From the NCBI GenBank assembly GCA_025056555.1, contig JANWVZ010000002.1, positions 1 through 55,122 of the forward strand: 55,122 bases of DNA. The letters are read 5' to 3'. This DNA comes from Gemmatales bacterium (GTDB taxonomy: Bacteria; Planctomycetota; Planctomycetia; Gemmatales; HRBIN36). Below are positions 9,927 to 19,282 of this stretch, in pieces. Below the pieces are notes generated by a model. The model worked only from the letters and a program-made list of their open reading frames with translations, did not search any database and was not told the DNA's origin. Numbering within the stretch: position 1 is the first letter of the stretch; every line of letters begins with the position of its first letter. The translations under genes and the position numbers were made by a program.

Positions 9927-10351
9927 GTCTGTACTCCCCCAGATGCTTCACTCTCCGGCAATATAGGGACCGGTCGGCGTCCTTCCGGCGTCTCGGCTAT
10001 CGCGACATAGACGACATCCGCCTCAGTGACCTTCACGACCTTACCATCCCGCTCGACCTCTACGTCTACATGGATGGTAATCGAAGTCCGCCCAATGCGT
10101 ACTAATTGTGTCCAATAGCTCACCACATCACCGACATAAACCGGCTCATGAAACTCCACACGATTGACGGCCACGGTTACTAATAAAGGCACCCGCACAC
10201 CACGCCGCGCTATCTCCCACTGCGCCCCATTTGCGCCAGCCTGGTCAATCTGACTCAGCAACACTCCGCCAAATATAGTGCCATGCGGGTTCGTATCCCG
10301 CGGCATCATCACGGTTTTTAGAGCTAAGTAGCGATTTTCCATGGACTTCAC
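9923..10351 (-). CDS. Acyl-CoA thioesterase (hotdog fold, YciA-like)
   Basis: 142 aa with the typical block LKTVMMPRDTNPHGTIFGGVLLSQIDQAGA. Its stop TGA overlaps the ggt ATG (ATGA), which suggests translational coupling. Confidence 0.85.
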   Translation of the reverse strand: MKSMENRYLALKTVMMPRDTNPHGTIFGGVLLSQIDQAGANGAQWEIARRGVRVPLLVTVAVNRVEFHEPVYVGDVVSYWTQLVRIGRTSITIHVDVEVERDGKVVKVTEADVVYVAIAETPEGRRPVPILPESEASGGVQT

Positions 10352-10569
10352 CCGAGCTTAGTGTGCTCGGCAGCAATTCTTTTCTGGCCAGAAATCGAGT
10401 TATCGGCTCTCCTGTCAGAAGTTTAGGCTGCGGCGCCAGGATTTAGTTGATGATTTTTCACTTGCGATTTACCTGAACTTCACAAATGCGTTCTATAATG
10501 CGAGCGGCTTACGTCCAGTACGCCGGCAAAGCTGGATTCCTTGACTACTCCAATAAGGAGGTACTAAGC

Positions 10570-11484
10570 ATGATGAATCCCCTTAGCACGAAGCTGCTAA
10601 TTCGCAAGCCCCAAAAGCTCAACCTTGTAGGTAAGGCACAGGCCTTCACGCTCATAGAGCTGCTAGTCGTAATTGCGATCCTTGGCCTATTGATGGCGTT
10701 GCTGCTCCCAGCCATTCAACGCGTCCGCGAAGCCTCGAACCTCATGCGCTGCCAAAGTAATCTCCGCCAAATTGGTGTTGCCCTGCATAACTATCACAAC
10801 GACTTTCAAATCTTTCCGACGGGATCAGCTGATGAGACTAACCTCACGAACGGGGGCACCAACCGCGATTACTGGTCTTGGCTATTCCACATACTTCCAT
10901 ATGTGGAGGCTGAACACATCTATCGCTCTACAAACGACGCCCAGATCAATACCACCCCGATTCCCCTCTATTATTGTCCGTCGCGGCGCCGGCCGGCCCT
11001 TTATAACAATACTGCGAAAACCGATTACGCGGGCAACGCAGGCGCTTCTGACGCTAGCAGCACCTCGGATTTGCCCAGCTGGCGCGGCGATAACGGCATC
11101 TTCATCGAAGCCCGGCGTACGTTCCGGGTCAGCATCGCCATGATACACGATGGGACTTCCAACACGATCATGGCAGGGGATAAGCAAACCAACCCCCGTT
11201 ATTTAGGTCAAAGTGGCGGTGATAATGAGCCGTATAACAACCCGGGCTGGGACGAAGATGTGGTCCGCACGGGTAAGAACCCGCCCCAACACGATTCGCA
11301 CCACCCTGCGGAACCTCCTACCTTCTGGTCGAAGCGCTTCGGCAGCATGCATCCCGCGGGGGTAAATGTTGTGTTAGGCGACGGCTCCATACGCAACATC
11401 CGATACACTGTCCCGCAAGACTTATTCTGGCGCCTTTGCGTTCGTGATGACGGCCTGCCCGTTAACTGGTCAAATGCACAGTAA
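10570..11484 (+). CDS. DUF1559 protein with prepilin-type N-terminal cleavage/methylation leader
   Basis: AAGGAGG lies 10 nt upstream of ATG 10570. The leader is AFTLIELLVVIAILGLLMALLLPAIQRVREA and the C-terminal motif is HPAGVNVVLGDGSIRNI (H-X9-DG). This is a hallmark Planctomycetota family. Confidence 0.85.
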   Translation: MMNPLSTKLLIRKPQKLNLVGKAQAFTLIELLVVIAILGLLMALLLPAIQRVREASNLMRCQSNLRQIGVALHNYHNDFQIFPTGSADETNLTNGGTNRDYWSWLFHILPYVEAEHIYRSTNDAQINTTPIPLYYCPSRRRPALYNNTAKTDYAGNAGASDASSTSDLPSWRGDNGIFIEARRTFRVSIAMIHDGTSNTIMAGDKQTNPRYLGQSGGDNEPYNNPGWDEDVVRTGKNPPQHDSHHPAEPPTFWSKRFGSMHPAGVNVVLGDGSIRNIRYTVPQDLFWRLCVRDDGLPVNWSNAQ

Positions 11485-11527
11485 ATAGGCCGTGCCATCT
11501 CGAGACTATCCTATCGGAGATCTTGGT

Positions 11528-11758
11528 ATGCACAAAACGATTATCTTGATTCTGCTGTACCTAAGCGCTACGCTGCTCTTATCCGGTTGCAGTGGAGACG
11601 CTAAGAAACCGCAACTTAGCAATCTCTCACCCCAACAACAACAGCAGATGGAACGGAGCTTACAGGGTGCTGCCACTGACGAACGCCAACGACTATCTCC
11701 CGACGAGGCGCAACGCCATAGTCTCCACGCTGCCGAGGAGGAAGAACGCCGCCGGTAA
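11528..11758 (+). CDS. Small lipoprotein (no family recognised)
   Basis: MHKTIILILLYLSATLLLSGCSG has a lipobox (LLSGC). The 76-aa protein is Q/E/R-rich and lies 44 nt after the DUF1559 gene on the same strand. Confidence 0.6.
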   Translation: MHKTIILILLYLSATLLLSGCSGDAKKPQLSNLSPQQQQQMERSLQGAATDERQRLSPDEAQRHSLHAAEEEERRR

Positions 11759-11820
11759 GAGCGCGACGGTAATTTGACAATTTGTCCCCTTGTTTTACTC
11801 CAGCTCCCTATACAAATCAG

Positions 11821-11861
11821 AAAACCCCGTGGGATTTCGGCCATAAGTCCCACGGGGTTTT
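11821..11861. terminator. Bidirectional intrinsic terminator
   Basis: Perfect 14-bp stem AAAACCCCGTGGGA (11821-11834) / TCCCACGGGGTTTT (11848-11861) with a 13-nt loop. U-tracts follow on both strands. It lies 63 nt after the lipoprotein stop and 4 nt after a minus-strand stop codon at 11865. Confidence 0.75.
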
Positions 11862-11864
11862 GTG

Positions 11865-12321
11865 TCAAGTACAGCGGTCGCGATACAGTTCCATCCACTT
11901 GGTGATCTGGACCGCCCAAAAGATTACTCGCAGTAACGTGCTCAAGGCTGGCGGTATGACACACACACCACCTAGGATTTGCCGCGCCGTAGGCCGGACG
12001 ACAACGTGCACTCTATGTCCTCCCATGCCACTTGAGGTACCTAGGACGTACATATGTACCGTCTGGATTCCTGATTATCAGCACAACGACCATAATTGTG
12101 TCACTTGCCTTATTCGATGGCAGCCTAAACCGCGCCAGTCCCTCTGCGTTTATCCGCATAATCCGCGGTTCATTTTCGCCCAAACAAGCCTGCGCCGCGG
12201 AAATATAAGCAATGCAGGCTAGCATGTTACCATAATGCAAGGCGCCACTATTACTTAATCCCCCCATCGCACTGTCGGAACAACACATCACCCAAATTGG
12301 CGCAGAGCGGAGTGCGCGCAA
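11865..12321 (-). pseudogene. Hypothetical gene, apparently split by one frameshift near 12013-12053
   Basis: A 102-aa ORF (12013-12321) and a 62-aa ORF (11865-12053) overlap in different frames around the palindrome GTACATATGTAC. The downstream piece stops right at the terminator hairpin. There is a weak Cys...His (GGHRVHVVV) thiol-peptidase flavour only, and no family is recognised. Confidence 0.25.
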
Positions 12322-12459
12322 CTCCGTTGAAGGTGAACCAGTCCAGGCAAGAACTCTAATTTTGGTTCAACAGTCCCATCGCGATTTAGTCGTTCTATTC
12401 CAACGAGAGCGATTTCAGGATTCTATACTCATGTCGCCGATTGGTCTAACACTTAGGTC

Positions 12460-14259
12460 TCAGGGATGTGTGCAGATGAGCGATAACTGGAAGCTGCCAC
12501 GGCGCCAGCGCAGGGTCTTGTCTTCATCGGTAAGCACTAGAGGTATGGTAAGCAGACCTATGGCGCGATTAAGTTCGGTTTCCGGGCCATTTCGATAGGG
12601 ATTAAATGGAAAAATCGGCCATCGCAACTGTGCTCCTTTAGGGACCTTCAATTCCCAATTGCGATGCCGAATCCAACCCGGCGAATTCGTCCACGAAACG
12701 CTGTAGTTGTTGGTTCCAAGTTGCACGACGCCTTGATCAGTTTCTAACATGTGGCCAGCTTTCAGGCATAATTGCAGATTCATATCCGCTCCCGCGAATC
12801 GCCCCCGCCCGGTTTCTACATATCGAATCTCGATGTCCAGTTGCTTATCGCGGGGGAACGGAACCGCACACTCGGTAAAGAATGTGCTATAGCCTAACCC
12901 CAGACGCCAGCGGTCAGATTCGCTACGTAATGCTGTGTTGAGAGGCAGAAATCGCGGAGCGTCCTTACGCCGTTCCAGGAAAGTCGCCAGTTCGGGTTGA
13001 TGCTTAGAGCCCGCTCCAGTAACTATAAGTCCACTAGAAAGGTGATAAATACTGATATGTCCCTGCCTTTCGAGAGTGAATTGACTTTCCACAGGAACAT
13101 CCGTCAAGCCAGACATGCAAACAATCCACGGGCCTCGTTTGAAAATTCCGGCAGGCACTCGCTTCATGCGATAACTGAATTCTGGTTGCTCTAGAGGTAT
13201 AACTCCTACGTTCCCCGAATGATAATAAAGGGTATTCTGAGCCAGTCGGCCTAAGTCACGGGACGAAATATTAGTGGGTTGAAAAAACTTCGTCAGAAAA
13301 GCAGCATAACGTCGGCCTTCGGGCCAGTGACTAAATGCGAAGTGCCCCCAACTATTGACCGGCCAGTAACGATTGCGGCCGTTGATCGTTTCAACGGGCG
13401 TGCCATCAGGCCAGGTAAAGTGGATATGAAAATCTTTGGCACGTTCTAACGCAGGAAGCACATCCTTATCGCCGCTGTGCTCGTAGTAGAGGGCTACACA
13501 AGTTAAGGTGAAATAGTTATAGCCCGTGGCTGGGCCATTATCGGTAAACTCACCCCAATAACCATCGTGCGTTTGTTCTTCCAGGGCCAGCCGTCTCAGG
13601 ACACGCGCGCCGAGCTGAACCCACTCTGGTTTATCAAGAACCTTACCCGCTAAATAAGTAATAGAGGCGAAAATCGCGAGATGGTTAGTCGAGGTTCGTA
13701 TATAGGGGCCTTGATAACGCGGAAAATCGGCTCGGGCAGCGCTGTGTTCAGCGAACCAGGTGCTGATCTTTTCCAGTTCCCGATGCCAGCGCTGCTCACG
13801 GGCTTGTCCCAGTTGGTCGCGCAGAAGACGATACGTGTCGAGCCAGAAGTGTATGTCCCATTCATAATCCTGTTTATTCGGGTTCGCATCTTCCTCACTG
13901 TGTTGTGCAAATAAATCACCTAAAGCAAGTGCTCTCTCCAACCACTGCTGCTGTCTATACGCGGAATTGTCCGGATGTTTTTGGGTGAATAACACCGCGG
14001 CGGCCAGCATGGCACCTGGATCGTGCGTCGCAAAATCACCAGTCTTCAGTCGCGAGAGCAGCGCTTCATGGAGTAGCTTATAATAGGCACCTGGAAGACT
14101 ATCTTTTTCCCCCTGTGTACTTCCTACATACATGGGGACTAAGTATCCAATATAAACCAAAACCAGCAATGCTTCCATAGAAAAAAGTTTGCCTGTCATG
14201 GATGGCTCTCCTGGTTGTGGAGTTACACAACTTAGTCCAGGACCGGATTGTTGACGCAT
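12460..14259 (-). CDS. Membrane-anchored alpha/alpha-toroid plus beta-sandwich protein, heparinase II/III / alginate-lyase-like
   Basis: 599-aa ORF (alternative start 14199, MTGKLFSMEALLVLV, a TM anchor). Composition and blocks (NHLAIFASITYLAG, HDGYWGEFTDNGPATGYNY, RQGHISIYHLSSGLIVTGAG) resemble polysaccharide lyases of the heparinase II/III type. The family call is tentative. Confidence 0.5.
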   Translation of the reverse strand: MRQQSGPGLSCVTPQPGEPSMTGKLFSMEALLVLVYIGYLVPMYVGSTQGEKDSLPGAYYKLLHEALLSRLKTGDFATHDPGAMLAAAVLFTQKHPDNSAYRQQQWLERALALGDLFAQHSEEDANPNKQDYEWDIHFWLDTYRLLRDQLGQAREQRWHRELEKISTWFAEHSAARADFPRYQGPYIRTSTNHLAIFASITYLAGKVLDKPEWVQLGARVLRRLALEEQTHDGYWGEFTDNGPATGYNYFTLTCVALYYEHSGDKDVLPALERAKDFHIHFTWPDGTPVETINGRNRYWPVNSWGHFAFSHWPEGRRYAAFLTKFFQPTNISSRDLGRLAQNTLYYHSGNVGVIPLEQPEFSYRMKRVPAGIFKRGPWIVCMSGLTDVPVESQFTLERQGHISIYHLSSGLIVTGAGSKHQPELATFLERRKDAPRFLPLNTALRSESDRWRLGLGYSTFFTECAVPFPRDKQLDIEIRYVETGRGRFAGADMNLQLCLKAGHMLETDQGVVQLGTNNYSVSWTNSPGWIRHRNWELKVPKGAQLRWPIFPFNPYRNGPETELNRAIGLLTIPLVLTDEDKTLRWRRGSFQLSLICTHP

Positions 14260-14393
14260 ACGAATTCACGGCTAATTAAACTTACCGCTATCTAATTGGC
14301 ACTATACTCCGTCAGTCGCGCGGATCGCACGGAATAAATTGCTCAATCCTCGTCGCACGGCCAAGTCGTGCAGGTTGGGGCGTGCGAGTTGCT

Positions 14394-15680
14394 CTAGACA
14401 AACTTAGTTTTGCCAGGTTGGGCCACTGGAGCTACAGGAAGCGGCACGTCCCAATCATAACGGGGCGGGGTCAGGTCCTCTTTAGAGGTCAGGGCCATTT
14501 CCCAAGTGATCACTTGACCAGTATAAGCGGCCATGCGGCCCATGATCGCTAAGAGCGTGCTTTTCGCGACATATTCGCCATTGTTAATCGGTTCGCCTTT
14601 ACGAACGCTTTGGAACAGTTCATCATGTTCCGTCTGCACCGCGACGTTAGGTTTCCCGCTGTAGCGCCAGGTATCTTTACCGATACGAAGCAGAACGCGG
14701 TCGGCACGTAATTCCCCTCGCCCTTGAGTGCCTGTCACATAAACCGCCACGTCGTTGGCACATTGAGGCATCTGTCGGCACTGGGCGAACAGGCGGGTAC
14801 CGTCGGCGTATTCGTAAATGATAGCGAAATGGTCGTAGATGTTGCCATACTCCGGGCCTGTGCGGACAGCTTGGCCCCCAGTGCCGATGGCACGGACAGG
14901 GTACTCACCTTTGACCCAGCTGGCTAAGTCCAGCATATGGACGTGTTGTTCGACGTTGAAATCGCCTGAGAGCCAGACGAAATAGTACCAATTCCGCATC
15001 TGCCAATACATGTCCGACCAACCAGGCTGGCGTGGAACCACCCAGATCGGGCCGCGGAAATCGTTCGCTTGCAGAGCGACCACTGGCCCGATTTGGCCAT
15101 CTTGAATCCGCCGGACGGCCTCCTGGTGGGGATAGGAGTAGCGCAATTGCAGACCCGCAACGAGCGAGAGGCGTTTCTGGCGGGCCATTTCTGCGGTGTC
15201 GAGAAACGAGCGCACTCCAGGGGCGTCCACGGCGACAGGTTTTTCGACGAAAAGATGTCGGCCGGCCTCGACAGCGGCTCGCGCGTGCATGGGGCGGAAG
15301 TGCGGGGGAGTGCACAGCAAGACAACATCGCAACAGCCGATAAGCTTCTGGTACGCATCCCAGCCGACGAATTGGCGTTCTTTGGGGACGTTGATCTTAC
15401 CAGCGATTTCCTTGTCCTGTTGCAGTTGGGTCAGGCACTTCTGCAACCGATCTTCGAAGACGTCGGCCAGGGCGAAAAGCTGGACGTTCTTATCTGCGCG
15501 AAGAGCTTGCGAGGCTGCGCCAGTGCCACGTCCACCACAACCAACCAAGCCGACTTTGAGCAGGTCGCTGCCGGCGGCATGGGCGAAGCGTTCGACGGCT
15601 AAGCTCGCGGTGACTGCGGCGCTGGTTTGCAGAAACTGGCGACGCGACGCTTTTGCGGAGAGGACACCTTTCGACATCAT
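14394..15680 (-). CDS. Gfo/Idh/MocA-family oxidoreductase with twin-arginine signal
   Basis: Start chosen at MMSKG (AAGGAG upstream). The Tat motif is SRRQFLQTSAAVTASLAV and the Rossmann motif is VGLVGCGGRGTGAA. The longer ORF to 15860 is an upstream extension. Confidence 0.85.
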   Translation of the reverse strand: MMSKGVLSAKASRRQFLQTSAAVTASLAVERFAHAAGSDLLKVGLVGCGGRGTGAASQALRADKNVQLFALADVFEDRLQKCLTQLQQDKEIAGKINVPKERQFVGWDAYQKLIGCCDVVLLCTPPHFRPMHARAAVEAGRHLFVEKPVAVDAPGVRSFLDTAEMARQKRLSLVAGLQLRYSYPHQEAVRRIQDGQIGPVVALQANDFRGPIWVVPRQPGWSDMYWQMRNWYYFVWLSGDFNVEQHVHMLDLASWVKGEYPVRAIGTGGQAVRTGPEYGNIYDHFAIIYEYADGTRLFAQCRQMPQCANDVAVYVTGTQGRGELRADRVLLRIGKDTWRYSGKPNVAVQTEHDELFQSVRKGEPINNGEYVAKSTLLAIMGRMAAYTGQVITWEMALTSKEDLTPPRYDWDVPLPVAPVAQPGKTKFV

Positions 15681-16442
15681 AGGCTCCTTCTGGAGGGATG
15701 AAGAGGTAGGGCGGGTTAGCCACAGGTTATTGTGATATATCTGCTTTGATTTATTATGGTTCGGACTAATTTTCCAGTCAGCGGTGATAAACTGGCGAGT
15801 TACCACCGTTCGTCTTGTTGGGAGGCTATTTCTATCGGAAGCAGATGGAGGGCTGCGCACAAGTAGCAGAGTGTTTAGACTAATAGCGGTAAGATAGTAA
15901 ACCGCGGATTACGCGAGTTAGCCCAGAGAAATCGAGCCTCTTAGGCAGTACGTGTGCAGATGTTGCCACCACGGGGAAGCGAAGTATTTCTGGAAAAGTG
16001 CCTTTTCGCTCGACTGGGCTAGCGAACCCTTCGCACCGTAGATTGCTCGGATGGATGCAAGGACTGCAGTTTCTTACTGCTGCCTCGAAGCGATCTTTCT
16101 TGCTCGTCGCAAGCCGACAGTAAATGGATGCAGGGACGAAAACAACTTCACAAACGACTGTACACACTCCCGATTGCCGACGACACTGTGAAACAACCCA
16201 CGGCCGAGTATGGCAGAGGGTAGAGGGGGTGCGGGTATAGGAGGTTAGCAAACAAAACAACAGTGGGCATCGCGGAGGGAAGCAAAGCGCGCTGGTCAGC
16301 TGTGTGCCCCGGTAGCACTGACAGAAAGGATGCAGGTTGTCAATTGCCAATATGTCAATGAGACGACAAGGCTTCGCATTTTCTGAATTGATGTGGATAA
16401 TCCTGGTACCGACGCCACGCGCACGGTGTGGACGAGGTAGTC

Positions 16443-18035
16443 CTAGCGTGGAAGCCACAGGGTAAAAACGGTGGTGTTTTGAGGTGTGCGTTGCCAGGTG
16501 ATGTTGCCGTCGTGCAATTGTGCAATGCGCCACACCTTGCACAGGCCGAAACCACGTCCGCGGCCGGCATCGCGGCCGGAAAAGAAAGGCTCGAAAATCC
16601 GCTCTTGCCAGCGGGGATGCGGGCCCGAGCCATTATCTTCAACGTGGACGCTCACCGCTCGAGAGTTTTCCCTGCTTACCTTACAGCGGACCCAACCATT
16701 GCTCGGCGCGGCTTCAATGGCATTGCGGAGCAGGCAATCGAATGCTGTGCGCAGCATGGCTTTATCCGCTCGGATTATGATCCGCGAGGTTTCCGAGTGA
16801 CACTGCATGGTCACTCCCTTGCTCGCGGCATAAGGCGCCAGTTCCTGAGCGACTTTGGCGAGTAACGTGTCCAATCGGCAGGTGGTGCGTTTTGGTTGGG
16901 GCGGCCGGGCAAAAAACATCAAGTCCTGAATCACAGCATCCACTCGGCGACATTGGCTGAGGATACGTTGAATCATTTCGATGCGGTCAAGACTTTTTTC
17001 CTGGCGCAGGAGTTGCTCAGCGTACCCGGAAATGACTGCAAGCGGGTTTCCTAATTCATGCCCAGCCCCGGCTGCAAAAACGGCCAGGCTTTGTAACAAA
17101 CGATCCCGCAGCGCACCTTGTAAACGCTCGCTCTGAACTTGAGCCTGTCGTTGCCAACGCTGTGCCTGACGTTGCAGCAAGTGTTCGCGCTTTTGTGCTC
17201 GCGCCAATACCTCCACCAAGTGATAAACCGCAGGCCAAAGCGAATATGACGCTTGCACTCCGGGTAATTCCTGCTCCCGGTATGGCAAGTTAACCAGTAC
17301 ATGCGGATCCAACCCCAAGCGGCACAGTAGCTCGTGCCAGTCGGGTCCGGGCACACGTAGCGAGACAGGAAGGAGTTGTTGTGCGAACTGCCAGGCGCAC
17401 TGGGCAACACGTATTTCGATCTCGGCAATCGAGACCCGGCCAGTCGCAGGGAGTGGTAGCTGGAAGTCAGTCAGCCCATCAGCGAGCCAATCGGGCCAAC
17501 CGGGTTCACGGGCTAGTTGGCAGTGATAGTTAGCCAGAGATCGCCGGCTCAGTAGATGACATCCATGCAGAATGTGCCCGACGGTTGCTAAGCGGGCTAT
17601 CACCTCAGCGCGGTCGGCATTGGCGCGAAGTTGTTGAGCGAGCAAACGAGCGGCTTGGCCTGCAACGTGCCAAACGCGCAGACAGAGTGCCAGCTGTGGA
17701 GAAGACCAATCCGGCTGCAAGTAAGGTCGCCATTGGCTCCAGCGGAGTAGGAAACGGTGGCAGAAATGACGCAAGGAATCAGCCCGGTTCGCCGGACGGT
17801 GCCCCCCAGTCCTAACGGGAATTAATGGAAAAGGAGGCCTGTCGCATTCTCCAGGATCATGCCATAACCAGGCGAGGAGTAGCGGAGGGTCACGGCGGCA
17901 CAGATCGGCCAAGTCTGTGACTTGCCCCCGAGCGTGTCCGTTGGCCCAGGCGAGAATCGTTTCCACACTGCACAATCCGGGAGCGAGCCGACCAAAGTGC
18001 GGCACCCCCGGCAGGTTAGTTTCATCGCGATGCAC
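16443..18035 (-). CDS. Soluble sensor histidine kinase
   Basis: H-box FAAGAGHELGNPLAVISGYAEQL, N-box LLRNAIEAA, G-boxes VEDNGSGP and GRGRGFGL. The ~300-aa N-terminal region has no obvious TM segment and no family I can name. The start lies 15 nt after the regulator stop. Confidence 0.85.
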   Translation of the reverse strand: MHRDETNLPGVPHFGRLAPGLCSVETILAWANGHARGQVTDLADLCRRDPPLLLAWLWHDPGECDRPPFPLIPVRTGGHRPANRADSLRHFCHRFLLRWSQWRPYLQPDWSSPQLALCLRVWHVAGQAARLLAQQLRANADRAEVIARLATVGHILHGCHLLSRRSLANYHCQLAREPGWPDWLADGLTDFQLPLPATGRVSIAEIEIRVAQCAWQFAQQLLPVSLRVPGPDWHELLCRLGLDPHVLVNLPYREQELPGVQASYSLWPAVYHLVEVLARAQKREHLLQRQAQRWQRQAQVQSERLQGALRDRLLQSLAVFAAGAGHELGNPLAVISGYAEQLLRQEKSLDRIEMIQRILSQCRRVDAVIQDLMFFARPPQPKRTTCRLDTLLAKVAQELAPYAASKGVTMQCHSETSRIIIRADKAMLRTAFDCLLRNAIEAAPSNGWVRCKVSRENSRAVSVHVEDNGSGPHPRWQERIFEPFFSGRDAGRGRGFGLCKVWRIAQLHDGNITWQRTPQNTTVFTLWLPR

Positions 18036-18050
18036 GCCGTCCTGGCGATT

Positions 18051-18641
18051 CTAGCGCTTGGCTTCGATAGAGGAAGGCTCAATCTCTAGATGCCTGCAAA
18101 TGCGTTCGATCAGTTGCTCGATCTCGAAAGGTTTATGGAGGAAGTCGTTAGCACCGGCTTTCTTGAGTTCCTGGACTTTTTCCTGTTCGACCATGCCGCT
18201 GATGCAGATAATCTTGACTTCGGCCAGGTTACTATCAGCACGAATGCGGCGACAAACCTCACGGCCATTAATATCTGGTAGCATGACATCGAGCACAATC
18301 AGATCGGGCTGATATTCCTTGACCATCATGCCCGCATCAAAGCCGTTGCGTGCAATTCTGATCTCAAAGCGACCATCCTTTTCGAGGACTCGAGTGATCA
18401 GGTCGACTAAATCTGGATCGTCATCCACAATCAGGATTTTCCGCTTACCGCTCTCGAGGGCATCGGTTGGAATGCCGTGCTCTTTCATGAACTTATACAG
18501 GGCGTCGCGTGGGATGCGGCGGAAGCGTGAGCCGGGAACGCGAAAGCCCTTGAGTTGGCCGTTGTCAAAGCAGCGAATGATGGTTTGCTGGCTGACCTTG
18601 CAGATTTTGGCAGCCTCGCCTGTCGTGAAGACTTGCTTCAT
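18051..18641 (-). CDS. Response regulator with N-terminal excisionase/MerR-type HTH followed by a receiver domain
   Basis: HTH: FTTGEAAKICKVSQQTIIRCFDNGQLKGFRVPGSRFRRIPRDAL. Receiver: KILIVDDDPDLV...PDLIVLDVMLPDINGREV...KIICISG. Confidence 0.85.
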   Translation of the reverse strand: MKQVFTTGEAAKICKVSQQTIIRCFDNGQLKGFRVPGSRFRRIPRDALYKFMKEHGIPTDALESGKRKILIVDDDPDLVDLITRVLEKDGRFEIRIARNGFDAGMMVKEYQPDLIVLDVMLPDINGREVCRRIRADSNLAEVKIICISGMVEQEKVQELKKAGANDFLHKPFEIEQLIERICRHLEIEPSSIEAKR

Positions 18642-18900
18642 GGAAAAACCCTCCTGATGACTGCTGAAAAGCCCACCTCGTTCTCCGCCTCCCTCAGAGG
18701 CGGAGCGAGACGGTTCCGTCCCTGAAATTCGCCTCGCCCCCGTTCCGAACTCGTGTCTTTACTCCCGAGAATGAGCCCAGATTATTGGTTTTATCTGATA
18801 TAACCCACAGCTGCAGAGTGTTGCCTCGCCGACGATGTGGCACCACACGCAGGTTCTTCTGCCATTTTGGCCAGGCAGGAAATCTTGGTTCTTCAACTGA

Positions 18901-18928
18901 ATTATAGGCACCTTATCCATCCTGTCAA
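18901..18928 (-). promoter_or_regulatory. Near-consensus sigma70-type promoter upstream of the regulator-kinase operon
   Basis: Minus strand reads TTGACA (18928-18923), a 16-nt spacer, then TATAAT (18906-18901). This predicts a leader of about 250 nt that contains the hairpin CTCCGCCTC/GAGGCGGAG (18683-18705). Confidence 0.45.
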
Positions 18929-19035
18929 TAGCGCCTTGCTACAACCGTGTTCCTAAGTGCCGCATATTTCAGTCCTTACAATTCCTACTCCAAAGGTATA
19001 TTTACTTTTTGTATCTCCTATAGAACCTATTGTTC

Positions 19036-19132
19036 GCCGGACTGACAGGCGATTGACACTACCTGCTCAGCCTATTGACTATCCTGTGTCAATTCGCCAA
19101 TCTTCGCGGACTGACATAATGGTGTCACTGAC
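19036..19132. promoter_or_regulatory. Cluster of TGACA/TGTCA direct and inverted repeats (candidate operator/UAS)
   Basis: Direct repeat CGGACTGACA at 19038-19047 and 19108-19117. Inverted repeats are ATTGAC-N8-GTCAAT (19074-19093) and TGACA-N6-TGTCA (19112-19127). The cluster lies 110-230 nt upstream of the promoter above. Confidence 0.2.
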
Positions 19133-19282
19133 GCGTTGGAAAATATAAGAATTACCGCGGCACCATAGACGAGGCACATAATTTGCTCAGTCGCAACCGA
19201 CTACGGGAAATATGCCCAAGTACGCGTTTTATGTCAACGGCGATTGTTTGCCTGCGCGTTACCAGATCTTTGCGACGCACGT

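Noticed and set aside
15880-16542. 220-aa Cys/His/Arg-rich minus-strand ORF filling the spacer between the kinase and the oxidoreductase
   Set aside because: It has no start context, a composition typical of non-coding translation, overlaps the kinase 3' end, and has no recognisable motif. The region is treated as non-coding.
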